A DNA stretch of 64,000 bases from an uncultured Nitrospiraceae bacterium (GCA_963811165.1 CAWEQH010000001.1:448001-512000), one strand, 5' to 3'; counted from the stretch's first letter, positions 8,942-19,174 are shown. A program made the numbers and translations. The notes: a model not told the origin generated them from the sequence alone.

Positions 8942-10974
8942 GGAGACTGCGTCTTGCGCTGCTCATCACCGTAGCGGCTCTTTTTATCCTGTCTGCCTTT
9001 GGCGTGGAGCTCCATTACATGAAGCTCGAAAAAGTCCCCTTTTTTACAAAAGTGATACTCTTTATTCTCCTGAATCTGAGCCTGATCGCCCTTCTCGTCC
9101 TGATGTTCTTTGTCGGAAAGATCCTTTTGAATGTCTATTTCGAGAGAAAAAACAGGGTGCTGGGATACAAATTCAAGACGAAGTTCGTGGTTGTACTCGT
9201 CGTTCTTACGATGATCCCCTCAGCCTTCCTCTTCATAGTGTCGAGCGGTATCGTCACTAATTATCTCGATCGGTGGTTTGACCCTCAGGTAAAGCAGCCC
9301 TTGGCCCTCTCCATAGAGATTGCGAAGTCTGCATATGAAATGCAGCGCCGCCAGGCACTCACATTCGCAGAGGCGATCGCTGCCGGAAAGGCCGTACCGG
9401 AGAACTATTCAGTGCGGCATCTTACTTCAATCCCGGAGGATGCCTCGGACACCATCAGGACAGGCTTTGATGGAAAACCGGATGTAGAGGTGATCACGGG
9501 CGAGCAGGGAGACACAGTCAGGGCTGTTGCGCCCGAATTTCGCGGCAGGAAGCAGACAGGGGTGGTAGTCGTAGAGTTCCTTATCGGCAGAGACATTAGC
9601 AGGAGTTCCGAAAAGATAAACGATATGTACAAGAATTACATGACGCTCGAGTCATGGAAGACCCCGATAAAATTGAATTATCTTTTGGTATTGAGCTTCT
9701 TTACCCTGATGACGATATTCATGGCGTTATGGGTGGGGCTCAGGATATCCCGGGGGATTACCGACCCCATCCAGATGCTTGCCCAGGCGACGGAGCGGGT
9801 GGCAAAGGGGGACCTCGAGACCAATATCGATATCCAAAGGGAGGATGAAATTGGGGTGCTAGTAAGGTCCTTTAACAATATGGTAAAAGAGTTGAAGGAG
9901 AGCAAGGAATCCCTCCAGCGCGCATGGGTCGAATCCGACAGGAGGAGGCTCATAATAGAGATCATCCTGGAAAACATTCATTCAGGGGTCATTTATCTAA
10001 ACGCACCGGGTGAAATCCTTGCGATAAACGGCGCGGCATGCAGGATACTGGGCGTATCGTCCGGGGAGATATTGGACAAGAATTATTCTGTTCTCCTTGC
10101 GATGCTCAGGTCTGAGGAACTGAAAGAGACGGTAAAAAACATAAGGGTCCAAGAGTTCAAAGGTCTCGAAAGAGAGATCAGGGTGACAGTGGGAGAACGC
10201 CGCGTCCTGTTGAGGATATTCATTACGACCCTGATGGACGGCATTAATTTCCTCGGGACCCTCGTTGTCTTCGACGACCTTACCGAGATCGTCAGGGCCC
10301 AAAAGGCGCTGGCCTGGCAGGAGGTCGCAAGGAGGATCGCCCACGAGATAAAAAATCCGCTGACTCCTATCAAGCTCTCGACGGATCATATGATAAAGAA
10401 GTGGCTAAACAAGGATGAAGACTTCGGACAGGTCTTCGAGCGTTCTACGAAAACCATCATTAAGGAAGTGGAGAGCCTCAAAAGGCTCGTCAATGAATTC
10501 TCGCGGTTCGGCAAGATGCCGGAGATCCATAAAACACCGGTGCTCATCTCGCGCATTATCGAAGGGGCCGCAAATCTCTACAGGGACTACAAGGAGCTGG
10601 AGATCACCCTGGGAAGGATCGAAAACGAGCCCGTTGTCGAGGCCGATGCGGAACAGTTCAAAAGGGTCATCATAAATATTTTGGACAACGCAATTCAGGC
10701 GATGCAAAACAGGGGCAGGATAGTCATTGATATAAAGCACGATATAGTCCTCAACAGGGTATTCATCGATATCGCTGATGACGGCCCCGGCATTCGTGAA
10801 GAAGACAAGGAGAAGCTCTTTCTCCCGTATTTCTCGACAAAGAGGGACGGGACCGGTCTCGGACTCGCGATCGCCTCCAGGGTTGTGGCCGAGCACAGGG
10901 GGTACATAAGGGTGAAAGACAATAAACCGACGGGAACAATTTTTACTATAGAACTTCCGGTGAAGGAGGGGTAG
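8938..10974 (+). CDS. ntrY: NtrY-like HAMP-PAS sensor histidine kinase
   Basis: AWQEVARRIAHEIKNPLTPI H-box; N, G1, F and G2 boxes. Confidence 0.9.
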   Translation: MRRLRLALLITVAALFILSAFGVELHYMKLEKVPFFTKVILFILLNLSLIALLVLMFFVGKILLNVYFERKNRVLGYKFKTKFVVVLVVLTMIPSAFLFIVSSGIVTNYLDRWFDPQVKQPLALSIEIAKSAYEMQRRQALTFAEAIAAGKAVPENYSVRHLTSIPEDASDTIRTGFDGKPDVEVITGEQGDTVRAVAPEFRGRKQTGVVVVEFLIGRDISRSSEKINDMYKNYMTLESWKTPIKLNYLLVLSFFTLMTIFMALWVGLRISRGITDPIQMLAQATERVAKGDLETNIDIQREDEIGVLVRSFNNMVKELKESKESLQRAWVESDRRRLIIEIILENIHSGVIYLNAPGEILAINGAACRILGVSSGEILDKNYSVLLAMLRSEELKETVKNIRVQEFKGLEREIRVTVGERRVLLRIFITTLMDGINFLGTLVVFDDLTEIVRAQKALAWQEVARRIAHEIKNPLTPIKLSTDHMIKKWLNKDEDFGQVFERSTKTIIKEVESLKRLVNEFSRFGKMPEIHKTPVLISRIIEGAANLYRDYKELEITLGRIENEPVVEADAEQFKRVIINILDNAIQAMQNRGRIVIDIKHDIVLNRVFIDIADDGPGIREEDKEKLFLPYFSTKRDGTGLGLAIASRVVAEHRGYIRVKDNKPTGTIFTIELPVKEG

Positions 10975-12318
10975 ATGTCAAAGGCTGTTATACTGATCGT
11001 CGACGACGAAGAGGGTATCCGTACGGCGCTTTCCGGCATATTCGAAGACGAAGGCTATGAGGTGGCCACTGCGGAATCGGGCGAAGAGGCACTGAGGGTT
11101 GCCAAAGAGACCAACCCGGATATCGTCGTCCTTGACGTATGGCTTTCAGGTATGGACGGCATCCAGACGATGGAAGAACTCCGCGGGTGGAGCCGGGACC
11201 TGCCGGTGATAATCATTTCCGGCCACGCCAATATCGAACTTGCGGTAAAAGCCACGAAGATAGGAGCTTACGATATTCTTGAAAAACCCCTCTCGATGGA
11301 AAAGGTCCTCCTCACAGTACATCGGGCCCTCGAAAAAAGGAACCTCGAGGCTGAGAACAAGACACTAAAAGAAAATCTCAGCAGGAGATCGAGACTTGTG
11401 GGGAATTCGGCAAAGATCAATCAGCTCAGGGAACAGATAAAGATGGCGGCTGCCAGCAACAGCCGGGTCCTTATCCTCGGGGAAAGCGGTTCGGGCAAAG
11501 AGCTTGTTGCCCATCTTCTTCACGAAAACAGTCCCAGAACGGATAAGCCGTTTATCGAAGTGAACTGCGCCGCAATCCCGCAGGAGCTTATAGAGAGCGA
11601 ACTCTTCGGCCACGAAAAAGGATCCTTCACAGGGGCCTTCGAACTGAAGAAGGGAAAGTTCGAGCAGGCCGACGGAGGCACACTTTTCCTTGACGAAATA
11701 GGAGACATGTCTCTGCAAACACAGGCAAAGGTTCTCAGGGTCATCGAGACCCAGGAGTTCCAGCGGGTGGGAGGCAATAAGAATATAAAGGTCGATGTGC
11801 GGATAATATCCGCCACGAACAAGGACTTGTCGGAGGAAGTCAAGAGGGAAGTTTTCAGAGAGGACCTATTCTTCAGACTTAACGTTATCCCCCTTAAGGT
11901 GCCGGCCCTCAGGGAAAGACTCGATGACATCCCGGTACTGGTGGAGTACTTTCTTGAATCCTTTGCAATGGAATACGGGCAGCAGCCGAAGAAAATTGCC
12001 CCTGAAGCCATCAAGATCCTCCAGAAGCATATCTGGCCGGGCAATATCAGGGAACTGAGAAATGTCCTGGAAAGGCTCGTCATCATGACCCCGTCAAGGG
12101 CGATTTTGCCGGGGGACCTTTTTATCACCGATGCACAAAGGGCCGATTATTTCGCCGTCGATTCCCTCAAGGACGCAAGGGAGTTGTTCGAGAGGGATTT
12201 TATCGCAAGGAAACTGGAAGAAAATAACTGGAATATCTCGAAGACTTCCGAGGTGCTGGACATCGAAAGAAGCAACCTCCACCGCAAAATAAAGGCCTAT
12301 GATATTAAGATACCTTAG
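10975..12318 (+). CDS. ntrX: NtrX-like sigma54-dependent response regulator
   Basis: REC, GESGSGKE, GSFTGA, Fis-type HTH. Confidence 0.9.
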   Translation: MSKAVILIVDDEEGIRTALSGIFEDEGYEVATAESGEEALRVAKETNPDIVVLDVWLSGMDGIQTMEELRGWSRDLPVIIISGHANIELAVKATKIGAYDILEKPLSMEKVLLTVHRALEKRNLEAENKTLKENLSRRSRLVGNSAKINQLREQIKMAAASNSRVLILGESGSGKELVAHLLHENSPRTDKPFIEVNCAAIPQELIESELFGHEKGSFTGAFELKKGKFEQADGGTLFLDEIGDMSLQTQAKVLRVIETQEFQRVGGNKNIKVDVRIISATNKDLSEEVKREVFREDLFFRLNVIPLKVPALRERLDDIPVLVEYFLESFAMEYGQQPKKIAPEAIKILQKHIWPGNIRELRNVLERLVIMTPSRAILPGDLFITDAQRADYFAVDSLKDARELFERDFIARKLEENNWNISKTSEVLDIERSNLHRKIKAYDIKIP

Positions 12319-12378
12319 AAGAAGGGCGGCGTGAAACTTACTATTGAGGCGACGACCTTTTCATAACAGTTGACCGGC

Positions 12379-12966
12379 CTACGGCCCGAAGAACCATCTC
12401 TTCCAGTTCCAGAAGTGGATAAGCTTTTGAGTGAAGGCCGTATCGTCAACCTTTCCTGCCAGGTCTCTGAGCTCCGCCCGGTTTTTTTCTATCTCCCTGA
12501 ACTGCTCTTTTTCAAGCCCTCCGTCAAGGATAAAATGTCTTATCTTTTCAAGCTCCCCATTATCGAGCCAGACTCCGTGCCTTCCGCACTCGTCTATGAT
12601 GACGCCGGATATATGCCCGTAATTCTTTTTTACCATGAGTTTCCCGCACCTTACACAGGGGATGTAGTCGATTTTTTCAGTCAGGGGAGGGCGGCTGTAC
12701 GATTCCTTCAGTTGTTCTTCCCTGTAGACCGTCGATTCTGCGGTAAGAACATTGAATTCTCCCCGATCAAGCCATAGGCCGTTGCAACGTGGACAGGAGT
12801 CTATCTCTATATCTTCCTTCCTCTGGCAATCAAGGGCGATTCTACATCTCGGGCAGACAGGATTTTCGAGGGGTGTATCTTCGCCAAGCCTTCCTCCACA
12901 AAAAGGGCAGAGGGCGCTCTTACGGTTTACATCCTTTCCGCATTGGGGACATCTTATGATATCCAT
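12379..12966 (-). CDS. Zinc-ribbon protein with two zf-TFIIB-like domains
   Basis: CPQC..CPFC followed by two C..C/G.WLD.GE repeats. Confidence 0.8.
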   Translation of the reverse strand: MDIIRCPQCGKDVNRKSALCPFCGGRLGEDTPLENPVCPRCRIALDCQRKEDIEIDSCPRCNGLWLDRGEFNVLTAESTVYREEQLKESYSRPPLTEKIDYIPCVRCGKLMVKKNYGHISGVIIDECGRHGVWLDNGELEKIRHFILDGGLEKEQFREIEKNRAELRDLAGKVDDTAFTQKLIHFWNWKRWFFGP

Positions 12967-13118
12967 ACTGTGTTACCCCCTGGTAGTGAAAATGCCACGT
13001 AGTGTTCAGTTTCTACTCGTCCTATCGGGCATTATAGCATCTTTCCCTAAATGTGAATTGAAGGTACTGCCACTTCTCCCTGCGGATCAAGAGGGTTGCG
13101 GCCTACAATCAGCCTTAT

Positions 13119-13136
13119 TTTTGCACAGATGCAAAA
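13119..13136. promoter_or_regulatory. Palindromic candidate enhancer (UAS)
   Basis: TTTTGCA-N4-TGCAAAA about 60 bp upstream of the sigma54 motif. Confidence 0.45.
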
Positions 13137-13197
13137 GGATTTGCGGGAATGCATTGGGATTGGAGTGAGGAATCATTTAGAATCGGCGAGTTAGTAT

Positions 13198-13213
13198 TGG
13201 CATGGGGAATGCA
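13198..13213 (+). promoter_or_regulatory. sigma54 (-24/-12) promoter
   Basis: TGGCATGGGGAATGCA, i.e. GG-N10-GC. Confidence 0.7.
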
Positions 13214-13251
13214 CTATATATTTGCAAGAACATAAGAAGGAGGACGGGAAG

Positions 13252-13572
13252 ATGAAAGACAAAGGATACGCAAAGAAACTGGCATACATGGGAGCAGGGT
13301 GCGGAGTAGTGCTGTTTGGAGTATTTGGGTTGCTTCCCGGGTCATTCCTTGGCGGGGTGATGGGACTTAATATCGCAGGGAAGCTGCTTGGAGTGCCTTT
13401 GGCCTCGGGTATCCTTTCGAGGCTGATAGTTGCGGCATCGATGGTAATAGGGGTGATGGTCTCTGGGATCATGTTCATCACCGCCAGTTCGATTGCGGGC
13501 TGGCTTATAGGGACGGTGCTGGATGCGATCACGGCAGAGAAGAAAGAAATGGCTGCAATAGGGCATAAATAA
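13252..13572 (+). CDS. Gly-rich small membrane protein (paralog 1)
   Basis: AGGAGG RBS; hydrophobic G-rich helices; aligns with the next gene (FG..PG...G, L.G.P, R.I). Confidence 0.8.
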   Translation: MKDKGYAKKLAYMGAGCGVVLFGVFGLLPGSFLGGVMGLNIAGKLLGVPLASGILSRLIVAASMVIGVMVSGIMFITASSIAGWLIGTVLDAITAEKKEMAAIGHK

Positions 13573-13611
13573 TATTGTGGATAACAAATAAAAACCAAAG
13601 GAGGAAGTGTC

Positions 13612-13947
13612 ATGAAAGAGGAAAGAAAAAGGACGATGAAGGTAGGGACGAAGATCGGTGCGGCGTTGGGTGCGATAGTATTTCTGGTATTTGGGATAGT
13701 GCCGGGGTTTTATTTCGGCAGTTACGGGGCGCTGGTATTGATGAGCAGGCTTGCAGGCGGACCGGTAGAGCCCACGACAATCGTAAGAATGATCACCGTC
13801 GTGGGCGTTGCCCTGGGCATCTTCTGCGGCGCAGCTGCCAGCATCGTGCTGGGTTCGGTATTCGGCACAGCCCTCGCCTGGATAGTCGATGTGATCGGCA
13901 GCCTCGGCAAGGTCAAAGAGACCGAGGAACTGAAGGTTAAGGGCTAG
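13612..13947 (+). CDS. Gly-rich small membrane protein (paralog 2)
   Basis: AGGAGG RBS; same architecture as the previous gene. Confidence 0.8.
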   Translation: MKEERKRTMKVGTKIGAALGAIVFLVFGIVPGFYFGSYGALVLMSRLAGGPVEPTTIVRMITVVGVALGIFCGAAASIVLGSVFGTALAWIVDVIGSLGKVKETEELKVKG

Positions 13948-14051
13948 AAAATGACGATTACATCAGACATAATCGGCTAGAAAATGACGATTACGTTAGG
14001 CATAATCGGCTAGAAAATGGCCATTATGTTACACATAATCGGCTAGAAAAT
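13942..14051. repeat. 33-bp tandem repeat, 3.3 copies
   Basis: Units start with GGCTAGAAAAT at 13942, 13975, 14008 and 14041; invariant core CATAATCGGCTAGAAAAT. Confidence 0.92.
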
Positions 14052-14077
14052 TCAGCAGACGGCCGTTACCTCCCCTT

Positions 14078-14117
14078 AGGAGACCAAGGAGAAATTCCCG
14101 GTCTCCTCTTTTTTTTT
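14078..14117 (+). terminator. Intrinsic terminator
   Basis: AGGAGACC...GGTCTCCT stem followed by a T-run. Confidence 0.8.
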
Positions 14118-14251
14118 ATCTTGTCCCGGGCGTTCTCTTTCATCTCGTCGTTTTAATGCCCCACCACAAATCCGATGGTCGTTTTTTGCATAGGAAAAAC
14201 TTTGGTGTTAACATAGGGAGGCAAGTACTCCTTTTGCTGAAGGACATATAA

Positions 14252-16384
14252 ATGGATAAGGAAACTATAGCAGCATTTTTCAGGAAAAAGCCGGGCAAGC
14301 CTCTTTCCTTTAAGGAAATTGCTGAAAGGATGGCCTTGAGCAGGGCCGAGGGCAGGGCACTAAAGAGAGTGCTGAGGGAGATGCTCAGAAGCGGCGAGGT
14401 CGTCCGTACCCGGAAGGGTCTTTACGGTCCGGCAGAGGACATGAATCTCATTACCGGATATTTTGAGGCACACAGAGACGGCTTTGGTTTTGTCATTTCC
14501 GAAAAACCAGGAGAGAGGGATATATTTATCCCACCCGGGCAGGGCCTCGGGGCCATGAACGGCGACAGGGTCATTGTGAGGGTGGAGGAGTGGAAAAGGC
14601 GCGGCGGCAGGATAATAAGAATACTCGAGCGTTCTCACACACGAGTTGCCGGCAAGCTTGATATCACAAAAACAGCTATATATGTCAGGCCGAAAAATAA
14701 GTCTATACCATTTGACCTCTACATAGCGCCTAATGATAAGGGCGACGCAAAGCACGGGGATACCGTCGTTGCCGAGATCACCGCGTTCCCCACCGACAAA
14801 CGGCCGCCGGCCGGCAGGATCATAAAGATTATTGAGAAACCTGAAGACCCGGCATCGGAGATTGAGGCGATAATTGACGAGTTCAGTCTTCCGAGAAAGT
14901 TCCCCAAATCTGTTGCTGACGAAACGAAGCTTTTATACGCGAGCCGGCAGCCCGAGCGGGGAGACATCAAGGCACTCAAGAGGAAAGACTTGAGGAATCT
15001 GTCGACTGTCACTATTGACGGCGAGCGGGCGAAGGACTTTGATGATGCGGTCTCTGTCAGTCTTACAGAGCACGGGTACAGACTGTGGGTGCATATCGCG
15101 GATGTGGGATTTTATGTGTCGTGGGGTTCGGCGATTGACCTTGAGGCGCGGAAGCGCGGTACGAGCGTGTATTTACCCGACCGGGTAATACCGATGCTGC
15201 CAAAGGAGCTTTCTGAAGACCTCTGCAGCCTCAGGCCCAAGGTCGAGAGGCTGGCATTTACCGCTGAGATGGACTTTGACAGACACGGCAGAAGAGTCAA
15301 TAAGAAATTCTATCCCAGTCTCATCAAAAGCGATGAGAGGATGACATATACCTCTGTCAGAAAGATACTCATAGATCAGGACCCGGGTGAAAGAGAAAAA
15401 TACGATTACCTCCTCAAAGACTTCGAGTTGATGGGAGAACTCTGCGGCATCTTAAGGTCGGGAAGGCTGGAAAGGGGAAGCCTTGACTTTGACCTCCCCG
15501 AGCCAGAGATAATTTTGGACCTCCAGGGCAACCCCGAGGCGATTATACGGGCGGAGAGGAATTTCGCCCATATGCTGATTGAGGAATTCATGATCGCGGC
15601 CAACGAGGCGGTCGCGGAACATCTTGAAGGGCTTGGGGTGCCGAGCCTTTACAGGATACACGAAGAACCCGACCCCATGAAGCTTGAAGACATCATGAAG
15701 GTGGTCAGACCGGTCCACAGGTTAGGGAAAAAGACATTGACGCCTAAAGATTTTTCCGCGTTGCTCAGATCAATAAAAGGTGCGCCCGAAGAAGAGATCA
15801 TCAATTACCTGGTCTTAAGAAGCCTAAAACAGGCCCGCTATTCTCCAATCAATGTCGGGCATTTCGGACTCGCATCGGAATCATACACACATTTCACCTC
15901 GCCAATTCGCCGGTATCCCGACCTCGTTGTCCACAGGATTCTGAGGGAGCTCCTTACAAAAAAACTTATCTCCGATAGAAGGAAACAGGAACTTGAGACA
16001 ATACTCCCAGACATCGCATTTACTTCGTCACGGACAGAAAGGCTTTCCGTGGATGTTGAAAGGAAGGTGATCGATGCGATGAGGGCATGGTTCATGAAAG
16101 ACAAGGTCGGCGATGAATTTGCAGGAAGGATTATAGGAGTCACTCCGTTTGGCCTCAGGGTCAGACTCAATGATTTCTATGTGGAGGGTTTCATCCATCT
16201 CTCTTACATGACAGACGATTTCTACCAGTACAATGAAAAAACCATGCGCCTCCACGGCAGACATACCGACCGCTCCTTCAGGATAGGGCAGGAATTAAGG
16301 CTGCGCGTTGATAAGGTCGATATGGAGGAAAGGGAAGTGGTTTTCGGTCTGCTGGCAGACGGCAAAAAATCTGCCTTATCTTGA
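14252..16384 (+). CDS. rnr: Ribonuclease R
   Basis: HTH, CSD, RNB (TIDGERAKDFDDA, HFTSPIRRYPD) and S1 domains. Confidence 0.95.
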   Translation: MDKETIAAFFRKKPGKPLSFKEIAERMALSRAEGRALKRVLREMLRSGEVVRTRKGLYGPAEDMNLITGYFEAHRDGFGFVISEKPGERDIFIPPGQGLGAMNGDRVIVRVEEWKRRGGRIIRILERSHTRVAGKLDITKTAIYVRPKNKSIPFDLYIAPNDKGDAKHGDTVVAEITAFPTDKRPPAGRIIKIIEKPEDPASEIEAIIDEFSLPRKFPKSVADETKLLYASRQPERGDIKALKRKDLRNLSTVTIDGERAKDFDDAVSVSLTEHGYRLWVHIADVGFYVSWGSAIDLEARKRGTSVYLPDRVIPMLPKELSEDLCSLRPKVERLAFTAEMDFDRHGRRVNKKFYPSLIKSDERMTYTSVRKILIDQDPGEREKYDYLLKDFELMGELCGILRSGRLERGSLDFDLPEPEIILDLQGNPEAIIRAERNFAHMLIEEFMIAANEAVAEHLEGLGVPSLYRIHEEPDPMKLEDIMKVVRPVHRLGKKTLTPKDFSALLRSIKGAPEEEIINYLVLRSLKQARYSPINVGHFGLASESYTHFTSPIRRYPDLVVHRILRELLTKKLISDRRKQELETILPDIAFTSSRTERLSVDVERKVIDAMRAWFMKDKVGDEFAGRIIGVTPFGLRVRLNDFYVEGFIHLSYMTDDFYQYNEKTMRLHGRHTDRSFRIGQELRLRVDKVDMEEREVVFGLLADGKKSALS

Positions 16385-16489
16385 CAAACTGCGGTGCCGT
16401 TGTTAGATTAATGGCGATGCATTTTTTTGTCCGGACATTTCCTGTTTTTCTGACGCGCAGTTTCCCTGAGCTCCGCAGGTGATGTTGCG

Positions 16490-17521
16490 ATGAACCTTCA
16501 CTTTACGAGAAGCAACGGCCCTGTAGATGAATTGATCGATAGAGTGATCGAACTCGTAGGAAAAGTTCACCACCCCGAGATCATCCGGGAGATGATTCTC
16601 GCCGCGCTCAAGGCCGGACTTGAGGACGAAGAGAAGGCCGACCTTAAGCTCATGAATTCTACACTTAAGGAGATGAGGTTTACCGCCAAAATCTTCGGCC
16701 CTTACGCCGGCGTGAAGAAGGTGACAGTCTTCGGCTCTGCAAGGACGGGACGCGACGAGCCGGTTTATGAGATGGCGCGCGAGCTTGGAAAGACACTCGC
16801 GGCCTCCGGGTACATGGTCATTACCGGCGCGGGTCCCGGCATAATGCAGGCGGTGAACGAAGGGGCCGGCCCTGACAGCTCGTTCGGCGTCAATATACGG
16901 CTCCCTTTCGAGCAGAGAGCCAATCCCGTACTTGAGGGCAACCCTCGTTTGATCACCTATAAATATTTTTTTAACAGGAAGGTAGCCTTCCTCAAGGAGG
17001 CGCATGCGATTGCGCTATTCCCCGGGGGGTTCGGCACCCTTGATGAGGCGATGGAGACGCTCACGCTTGTCCAGACGGGGAAACGCGATCCGCTGCCCCT
17101 TGTCTTGGTGGATGAGCCGGGAGGTGTATACTGGATCAAGTGGCTCCGCTTCTTTGAGGATGAACTTCTCGCCCAGGGATATATAACTGCATCTGATTTC
17201 AACCTTTTTGAGCGTGTTGATTCGGTCCCCGCGGCAATCGAAAGGATAAATCACTTCTACCGCCGCTATCACAGCCTACGGCACGTCGACAGGCAGCTTG
17301 TGTTACGGTTGACCTCGGGCATAAGCCCTCAGGAGGTGAGCGAACTTAACAGCCTCTTTGAGGATATACTGGTCCCCGGAGGCAGGATTGTTCTTACCGG
17401 TCCCCTGCCGGAAGAAGCTGACGAGCCTGAAATAGCCCATCTCCCGAGGCTTGTCCTTAATTTTAATGGCAGAGATTTCGGCAGGTTGAGAAGTCTGATA
17501 GATATGGTCAACGACTACTGA
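16490..17521 (+). CDS. LOG family (TIGR00730) nucleotide phosphoribohydrolase, long form
   Basis: VFGSAR, TGAGPGIM, KYFFNRK, PGGFGTLDE. Confidence 0.88.
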   Translation: MNLHFTRSNGPVDELIDRVIELVGKVHHPEIIREMILAALKAGLEDEEKADLKLMNSTLKEMRFTAKIFGPYAGVKKVTVFGSARTGRDEPVYEMARELGKTLAASGYMVITGAGPGIMQAVNEGAGPDSSFGVNIRLPFEQRANPVLEGNPRLITYKYFFNRKVAFLKEAHAIALFPGGFGTLDEAMETLTLVQTGKRDPLPLVLVDEPGGVYWIKWLRFFEDELLAQGYITASDFNLFERVDSVPAAIERINHFYRRYHSLRHVDRQLVLRLTSGISPQEVSELNSLFEDILVPGGRIVLTGPLPEEADEPEIAHLPRLVLNFNGRDFGRLRSLIDMVNDY

Positions 17522-17533
17522 CGACCGCAGTTT

Positions 17534-19087
17534 TTATTTCCCTATCTCGTGAAGCTTCACCGAATCTTTGTCCCATCTCAGGTGACTTTGCCAGGCTTCT
17601 CCCCGGTCTTTATAGTCGGACCTGTAGTGAGCACCTACGCTACCCTTCCTCGCAAGAGCGGCTTCCACAATCAGACCGGAGATTATGATCATATTTTTCA
17701 GTTCGAGTTCTGATCTCGTGAGAAAATCCCGGTCGGTTATCTGCTTCCATAAACAGAGCTTCTCCCTCGCTTCGGCCAGAGAGCTCCCGCAGCGAATGAT
17801 TCCCGCCTTTTCCCACATGAGTGTCCTTAGGGAATTTCTTATCGTTTCGCCTTCCTCTATGGTATCAGGCCTAAGATTATAGTCTGCGGTTTGACAGGGA
17901 ACGACGCTAGATCTGACTGCGGCTGCTCCTGCCCTCGCCCCAAAAACCAATCCCTCCAGGAGACTGTTAGAGGCCAGTCTGTTTGCGCCGTGTACGCCTG
18001 TGCAGGCCACTTCGCCTGCTGCGTAGAGCCCCCTTATATTCGTCTCGCCATCAAGGGTAGTTTTCACTCCGCCCATGAAGTAGTGAGCGGCAGGTGAAAC
18101 CGGGATTAGGCCCTCTGTGATGTCGATCCCGTACAGGAGGCAGGTAGCAAAAATTCTCGGGAACCTCTTTTTTATGAACTCCTTCCCCATGTGTCTGAGG
18201 TCGAGATAGACATGGTTGCTCCCTGTCTTCACCATTTCGGAAATGATCGCCCGTGAAACGATATCCCTCGGAGCAAGCTCGGCCATAGGGGTATAATCCT
18301 TCATAAATCTTTGTTTATCGATATTCAGAAGCACCGCACCTTCACCCCTCATGGACTCGCTCAGGAGAAAATGAGGGGCGGGCGGAAGGTAGAGACTGGT
18401 GGGATGAAACTGGACGAATTCCATGTCCTCGAGTTCCGCACCGGCCCTCAATGCGATTGCCATTCCGTCTCCGGTGGCAACCGGTGGGTTTGTTGTCCGC
18501 GAGTATATCTGCCCGGCGCCGCCCGTAGCAAGAACGGTCGCCTTGGCAAAGAGCGCACTTACCTCCCGCTCCTGAAGAACATACGCCCCATGGCATTCGT
18601 GATCATTTACGATAAGGTCCATCGTGAGGGCATAAGGATACTTTTTGACCGAGGGTATCGAACGGACCTTGTTGAGCAGTACCCTTTCGAGTTCCCTCCC
18701 GGTCGAGTCTCCGTGGGAGTGAAGGATTCTTCTTCTCGAATGGGCGGCTTCGAGCGTAAGTGCCAGTTTGAGACCTTCACGATCGAATTCGGCGCCCCAC
18801 GATATGAGTTCCGCTATCCTCTCAGGCCCCTCTTCGACAAGTGTCTTGACGGCTTCTTCGTCGCATAGTCCGTCCCCCGCCTTCAGGGTATCTTCGAAAT
18901 GTATGCCGACCCTGTCTTCATCACTCATTACGGCAGCAATGCCGCCCTGAGCATATTCGGTGCTGCTCTCAGACGGTTTATCCTTCGTTACGACAAGGAC
19001 ACTGCCGTAAGGCGCGAGTTCTATCGCAGCCCGGAGACCCGCAACGCCACTGCCGATAATGAGGAAGTCAACTGTTTCGGTGCGCAT
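17534..19087 (-). CDS. nadB: L-aspartate oxidase
   Basis: GSGVAG, YAQGGIAAV, QFHPT, HYFMGG, HGANRLASNSLLE. Confidence 0.93.
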   Translation of the reverse strand: MRTETVDFLIIGSGVAGLRAAIELAPYGSVLVVTKDKPSESSTEYAQGGIAAVMSDEDRVGIHFEDTLKAGDGLCDEEAVKTLVEEGPERIAELISWGAEFDREGLKLALTLEAAHSRRRILHSHGDSTGRELERVLLNKVRSIPSVKKYPYALTMDLIVNDHECHGAYVLQEREVSALFAKATVLATGGAGQIYSRTTNPPVATGDGMAIALRAGAELEDMEFVQFHPTSLYLPPAPHFLLSESMRGEGAVLLNIDKQRFMKDYTPMAELAPRDIVSRAIISEMVKTGSNHVYLDLRHMGKEFIKKRFPRIFATCLLYGIDITEGLIPVSPAAHYFMGGVKTTLDGETNIRGLYAAGEVACTGVHGANRLASNSLLEGLVFGARAGAAAVRSSVVPCQTADYNLRPDTIEEGETIRNSLRTLMWEKAGIIRCGSSLAEAREKLCLWKQITDRDFLTRSELELKNMIIISGLIVEAALARKGSVGAHYRSDYKDRGEAWQSHLRWDKDSVKLHEIGK

Positions 19088-19174
19088 ATAGCAAGGATAC
19101 AGGGATATGATGGATGAAATCAAGTAGCCAGCGGGAATACATGAAGTATGAGTGAATCAGCTTCCCGTCCGATC

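Noticed and set aside
10972..10977. In-frame TAG-ATG junction of ntrY-ntrX (and other TAGs) as amber recoding or pyrrolysine
   Set aside because: Abutting genes are common in operons, several genes here end normally in TAG, and no pyl genes or tRNA-Pyl are seen.
13942..14051. CRISPR array
   Set aside because: The variable parts are only about 14 nt and resemble each other, the period is 33 nt, and no cas genes are in the window.
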